Source: an uncultured Candidatus Saccharibacteria bacterium
GTDB lineage: Bacteria > Patescibacteriota > Minisyncoccia > Phycocordibacterales > JABMNX01
Assembly (NCBI GenBank): GCA_964575755.1
Contig: CAZNRH010000002.1
Coordinates: 136,351-178,523 of the forward strand
Length of the DNA stretch: 42,173 nt
Reading direction: 5' to 3'
The notes beneath the pieces were generated by a model that had not been told where the DNA came from, searched no databases, and saw only the letters and a list, made by a program, of their open reading frames with translations. Positions 38,091 through 42,173 of this stretch are shown one piece after another. Position 1 is the stretch's first letter; each line of letters starts with the position of its first letter. A program made the position numbers and the translations under genes.

Positions 38091-38357
38091 TTACGCTCGG
38101 CTTTGTTTAAAACAATCTAAACAAAGTAAGTTGCTTGTGTCGCGTGGTTGAAACGGCAATTCTGTTATTGCTTTACTGCACCCGCTACACTTCCAGTCAC
38201 CTTCATGCTTCGTTTTTTCTCCACCGCCCGCAGAACTTCCTCCTCTGCTTTTAGAAAAACAGGCTTTACACATAAGTCCTGCTTCTCCACGCGGTTCAAA
38301 CGGGAGCTCTGTTATTGCTTCACCACAACCTCCACATTTCCAATTTCCTTGATGCAT
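38091..38357 (-). CDS. Tandem CxxC-x17-CxxC zinc-ribbon protein
   Basis: Two repeats of HxGxWKCxxCxxAITELPFxPR...CxxCF joined by a Gly/Ser linker. Confidence 0.85.
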   Translation of the reverse strand: MHQGNWKCGGCGEAITELPFEPRGEAGLMCKACFSKSRGGSSAGGGEKTKHEGDWKCSGCSKAITELPFQPRDTSNLLCLDCFKQSRA

Positions 38358-38401
38358 ATCTTTTGTTACATTATTTTAAGTGTTAATGATAACACTGTTT
38401 T

Positions 38402-40048
38402 TTATTTTTTCTGTTTTATAACAGCCTTGATAAACCCAGTAAAGAGTGGGTGTGGGTCGAGAGGACGCGCTTGAAACTCTGGGTGAAACTGCGTACCAAG
38501 GAAGAACGGGTGCTTCTTTTCAGAGAGCTCTGCAATCTCCATTAGACGTTTATCAGGTGAAACACCAGAAAACACAAGGTCTTTTGATGAAATCTCTTCA
38601 ACGTATTCAGGATTCACCTCATATCTATGCCTGTGACGCTCTCCAACAATTTCTTTGTTATATAACTTACGTGCTAACGTGCCTTTCTTTAGATACGCAG
38701 GGTATGACCCTAGTCGCATTGTCCCTCCATATTCTTTCTTCTCTAACTTCTTTTTTTGCTCTGGCATAATATCGATAACAGGATTCTTGCTCTTAGGATC
38801 TATTTCCGTAGTCTGTGCATCCTTAATATTGAGTACATTTCTAGCATACTCAATCACCATAAGTTGCATGCCGTAACACAATCCAAAATACGGTATCTTG
38901 TGCTCACGTGCGTATTTAATAACAGCAAGCTTGCCAACTATACCTGTCTCTCCAAACCCACCAGGTACAATAATACCTTGGAATTTTTTAAGTCTTTCTA
39001 GTTTTTGTTTATTTTCAAAATCTTTTGAGTTCAACCAATGGATATCTGGCTCGACACCAAGGTAGTATGAAGAAAATTTTATTGCCTCTATAACAGATAA
39101 ATACGAATCTGAGAGTGTAAAGTCTCCAGTACCAAAATATTTCCCTACTATTGCAATTTTAACTGTCCTCTTTTTCTTACTTACTTGTGTTACAAACCTC
39201 TTCCATTTAGAAAGGTCTGTCTTCTTTGCCTTCTTCTGAAGACCGAGTTTTGATATAACAATGCTGCTTAAGTGATCTCTCTCGAAGTTTACTGGTACGT
39301 CATAAATGCTTTTTATATCTGGTGCCGAGATAACATCTTCACTCTTTACACTACATTGGTTAGCAATCTTTTCTTTACGTTTTTTATCTAGAGCAACTTC
39401 ACTTCGTGCAATAATAATGTCCGGCTGTATGCCATACGAATTAAGTTGTCGTATTGCATTTTGCGTTGGTTTTGTCTTCATTTCACCAAGTTTCCCTGGG
39501 ATTGGTAAGAATGTAACCATTATGAATATTACATTTTTAGGGTGCTCCATTTTCATTACACGTGCCGCTTCCATAAATAATGCATTCTGGAAATCTCCAA
39601 CAGTACCACCTATTTCAATCACGGAAACATTAGAACCATTTACATCAGCCGCTAACTCTATCCGACGGACTATTTCATCGCGAATATGAGGAATTGCCTC
39701 AACACACTTACCTTTATAGCCAAGATTACGCTCCCTTTCTATTACATGCTGGTACACCATGCCACTTGTAATATAATTTTCTTCTCCAATATCTTTACCT
39801 AAGAAACGCTCATAGTTACCCATATCTTGATCTGTCTCAAGCCCACCATTAAGCACAAAAGTCTCCCCATGTTCTATGGGATTCATAGTGCCTGCATCTA
39901 CATTTAGATATGGGTCAACTTTTACCAAGTTAACGTTAAAGCCTTTAGATTGTAGTATTTTACCTATAGAAGATACCGCAATACCTTTACCTACACCTGA
40001 CATTACGCCACCCATTACAAATATGTATCTGTGGTCTTTTTTTCTCAT
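38402..40048 (-). CDS. pyrG: CTP synthase
   Basis: GGVMSGVGKG, DPYLNVDAGTM, GLCYGMQ, ERHRHRYE and QFHPEF. Confidence 0.97.
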   Translation of the reverse strand: MRKKDHRYIFVMGGVMSGVGKGIAVSSIGKILQSKGFNVNLVKVDPYLNVDAGTMNPIEHGETFVLNGGLETDQDMGNYERFLGKDIGEENYITSGMVYQHVIERERNLGYKGKCVEAIPHIRDEIVRRIELAADVNGSNVSVIEIGGTVGDFQNALFMEAARVMKMEHPKNVIFIMVTFLPIPGKLGEMKTKPTQNAIRQLNSYGIQPDIIIARSEVALDKKRKEKIANQCSVKSEDVISAPDIKSIYDVPVNFERDHLSSIVISKLGLQKKAKKTDLSKWKRFVTQVSKKKRTVKIAIVGKYFGTGDFTLSDSYLSVIEAIKFSSYYLGVEPDIHWLNSKDFENKQKLERLKKFQGIIVPGGFGETGIVGKLAVIKYAREHKIPYFGLCYGMQLMVIEYARNVLNIKDAQTTEIDPKSKNPVIDIMPEQKKKLEKKEYGGTMRLGSYPAYLKKGTLARKLYNKEIVGERHRHRYEVNPEYVEEISSKDLVFSGVSPDKRLMEIAELSEKKHPFFLGTQFHPEFQARPLDPHPLFTGFIKAVIKQKK

Positions 40049-40061
40049 TATATGCAACTCA

Positions 40062-40988
40062 TTACACGTTTAAATATTTCCTTACTGCAAGATAACTAGA
40101 TACCGCGCCAAGGACTATCCCTGTGCCTACTATAATAAGGAAGATCTGACCAAAGTTGTCGAGATAATATTGAAAGATATTTATATCATTGAAAAATCCT
40201 TCTGTAATAGGTCCAAGCCATAGAGTTAATGGGTAAAACAAAATAAGTGTTGTTATGCTCGATACAACCCCGTACAAAACACCCTCAAATACAAATGGTC
40301 CACGAACGTATGAGTTATCTGCGCCAACTAATTTCATAACAGAAATCTCGTCACGTGCTATATAAATTGCAAGTCTGATTGTGTTAAACGTAATCATTAT
40401 TGATGCGAGTAAGAGAAAGATGATGATCGCAATACCAAATCGTTCTGAAGAATCAATTATCCGCGTGAGTCTTTCTATGGCAACTTTATTTTGAAAAAAG
40501 TTTATCTTTTCTACTATAGGGTTATTGTCGGTTGAAACAGCGACATCATTTTCTAGAAAAATTGCGATTCCTTCATATTGTGAAGTCTCTTTTGCTCGTA
40601 TACTTAAACTCGCCCCTAGCGGGTTTTCATCAAGCTCTTCAAGTGCTTGGAGTGTTAATTGATCGTTTGCATGACGCTCCCTAAAACTTTCTAGCGCTTG
40701 TTCTCTGGAAACATACTCAACAGATTTAACTTCTGGTAGAGCTTCGATTGTCTTTTTTAAAGAAAGTATACTTCCCTCCTCTGCAGTTGTTACAAAATAT
40801 ACATTTATATCTACCTTATCACGCACTTGATTTAACGTACCATTTAAAACAGCACCGATAAAAATAAGAGAACCGATAACAAAGAGTGTTACGGTCATTA
40901 CTAAAATTGTAGATATGGAGACAAAACTATTTCGGAAAAATCCGACTGAACCATATTTTATAATTCGTTTTGCATTAGTCCACCACAT
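40062..40988 (-). CDS. ftsX: Cell division permease FtsX
   Basis: Four TM helices, FNTIRLAI..RDEISVMKLVGA..VRGPFVFEG; downstream of ftsE. Confidence 0.92.
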   Translation of the reverse strand: MWWTNAKRIIKYGSVGFFRNSFVSISTILVMTVTLFVIGSLIFIGAVLNGTLNQVRDKVDINVYFVTTAEEGSILSLKKTIEALPEVKSVEYVSREQALESFRERHANDQLTLQALEELDENPLGASLSIRAKETSQYEGIAIFLENDVAVSTDNNPIVEKINFFQNKVAIERLTRIIDSSERFGIAIIIFLLLASIMITFNTIRLAIYIARDEISVMKLVGADNSYVRGPFVFEGVLYGVVSSITTLILFYPLTLWLGPITEGFFNDINIFQYYLDNFGQIFLIIVGTGIVLGAVSSYLAVRKYLNV

Positions 40989-41012
40989 GCATCTATTATA
41001 CCTTACTCACCT

Positions 41013-41197
41013 TTAGAACCTATCCACAACCTCATCGCTGTAAAACAAAAATAGCTTGTCAACTGAAATTCCGAAATTCTTGCTACAAATTGCGTCTTTT
41101 TCCTCAGTGTATCTCGATATACTTCACCAAAATACACAATTTTTCGCTAAAAATTTCGGTAATTTCAACACGATATGAGATTGTAAATAGGCTCTTA
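41013..41197. mobile_element. ~185-bp palindromic MITE-like element between ftsE and ftsX
   Basis: Imperfect TIR ttagaacctatccacaacctcat/atgagattgtaaataggctctta; nested stems with apical gtgtat-ctcg-atatac. Confidence 0.55.
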
Positions 41198-41240
41198 GAA
41201 CTTATATACATTTTTACGTACTTGTGTTTCCGTTGTTAGA

Positions 41241-41921
41241 TTAGAGCGCGTATTTGCCTGATTTATCGTCTCTTACAATACTACCGCCATCCATCGTTAT
41301 AACGCGATGTCCCAGAGAGTCAATGACACCCTTATTATGGGTGGTTAGAATAATGGTGGTACCTAGGTCATTTATCTTTTTAAGAATTTGTACTATATCA
41401 AAAGTGCTTACAGGATCGAGGTTACCAGTAGGCTCATCTGCGATAACAACATCAGGCTGATTTACGATCGCTCTTGCAATTGCTACACGCTGTTTTTCTC
41501 CACCAGAAAGTTCCCTAGGAAAACTCCATATTTTGTCACCCAAATCAACTAGGTCAAGCACATACGGCACATCTGTGGCTATCTCTTCTTCTGAACGCCC
41601 AGCTGCTTCCATAGCAAACGCAATATTTTCATATGCAGTCTTATTTGGGATTAAACGAAAATCCTGAAACACCATACCGATACGACGTCTGAGTTTATTG
41701 AGTTCCTCCCTACTTAAAGTATGAATATTTGTTGACTCAAAAAAGATAGAGCCGCTTGTTGGAGTGTCCTCTGCTAAAAGCATTTTCAATAACGTCGTCT
41801 TGCCAGCGCCAGAATGACCGACGATTGACACAAACTCACTCGGCTCAATAGAAAGCGTGACATCTTGCAGAGCTGGCTCGTCGCCATTATAAATTTTAGA
41901 TACTTTGTCAAAATAAATCAT
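41241..41921 (-). CDS. ftsE: Cell division ATP-binding protein FtsE
   Basis: GHSGAGKTT, LRRRIGMVFQDFRL, LSGGEKQRV and ADEPTGNLDP. Confidence 0.93.
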   Translation of the reverse strand: MIYFDKVSKIYNGDEPALQDVTLSIEPSEFVSIVGHSGAGKTTLLKMLLAEDTPTSGSIFFESTNIHTLSREELNKLRRRIGMVFQDFRLIPNKTAYENIAFAMEAAGRSEEEIATDVPYVLDLVDLGDKIWSFPRELSGGEKQRVAIARAIVNQPDVVIADEPTGNLDPVSTFDIVQILKKINDLGTTIILTTHNKGVIDSLGHRVITMDGGSIVRDDKSGKYAL

Positions 41922-41955
41922 GTTAGGTTTTATTAATTAGTTTAAAAAATCTTAC

Positions 41956-42089
41956 ACCCTGTGAAATCTCTGCCGAAGGCGGGGAGGATGCTTTTTCTAC
42001 ATGCATCCATTTTACTGGGGTAGCGTTACCTGCCAACCCCAGTACATTCGCTTCGTTTCTCCTCGCTCACGCGAGAAATGTAACAGGGT
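41956..42089. repeat. GC-rich multi-hairpin element bounded by accctgt...acagggt
   Basis: Ends accctgtgaaat/atgtaacagggt; internal stems ggatgc/gcatcc and tactgggg/ccccagta. Confidence 0.5.
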
Positions 42090-42131
42090 TAAGAAATTGT
42101 AATTCATTTCATTCATAACATTTTCTAAATT

Positions 42132-42173
42132 TTACTCTAGATCACGCTCCGCGTCCACAAACACCTGTATATC
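42132..42173 (-). CDS. C-terminal end of a gene, probably peptide chain release factor 2
   Basis: ...DIQVFVDAERDLE* resembles RF2 C-termini, and prfB-ftsE-ftsX is a common order; only 14 codons visible. Confidence 0.45.
   Translation of the reverse strand, partial: DIQVFVDAERDLE

Overview
AT-rich bacterial chromosome segment using genetic code 11 (TAA, TAG and TGA all end genes). Gene content and style point to a Patescibacteria/CPR (Parcubacteria-like) genome; this is an inference. Housekeeping genes: lepA, murJ, class II nrdJ, htpX/lemA, groEL/ES, secG, rnj, nth, a DEAD-box helicase, typA, pyrG, ftsEX and probably the end of prfB. RNA genes: RNase P RNA and four stand-alone tRNAs (Phe-GAA, Arg-CCT, Ser-GGA, Gln-CTG). 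No CRISPR array, prophage, integrase or transposase was seen. The most unusual signals concern the tRNAs. (1) Two free-standing LAGLIDADG-type ORFs stop 6 and 15 nt upstream of tRNA-Arg and tRNA-Gln. The Gln ORF is preceded by a decayed, in-register copy of the tRNA 5' half ending at the anticodon, which suggests an intron-less homing element that replaces the tRNA 5' half. tRNA-Phe shows an ORF-less version of the same 5'-end duplication. (2) Three of the four tRNAs carry a related ~230-nt structured 3' trailer. Other observations: a ~123-bp covarying palindromic element family next to stop codons, smaller hairpin elements (one breaks a DUF1653 gene), two 11-bp-phased DnaA-box-like arrays in front of tiny orphan transcription units, and a Nudix gene with one in-frame amber codon.
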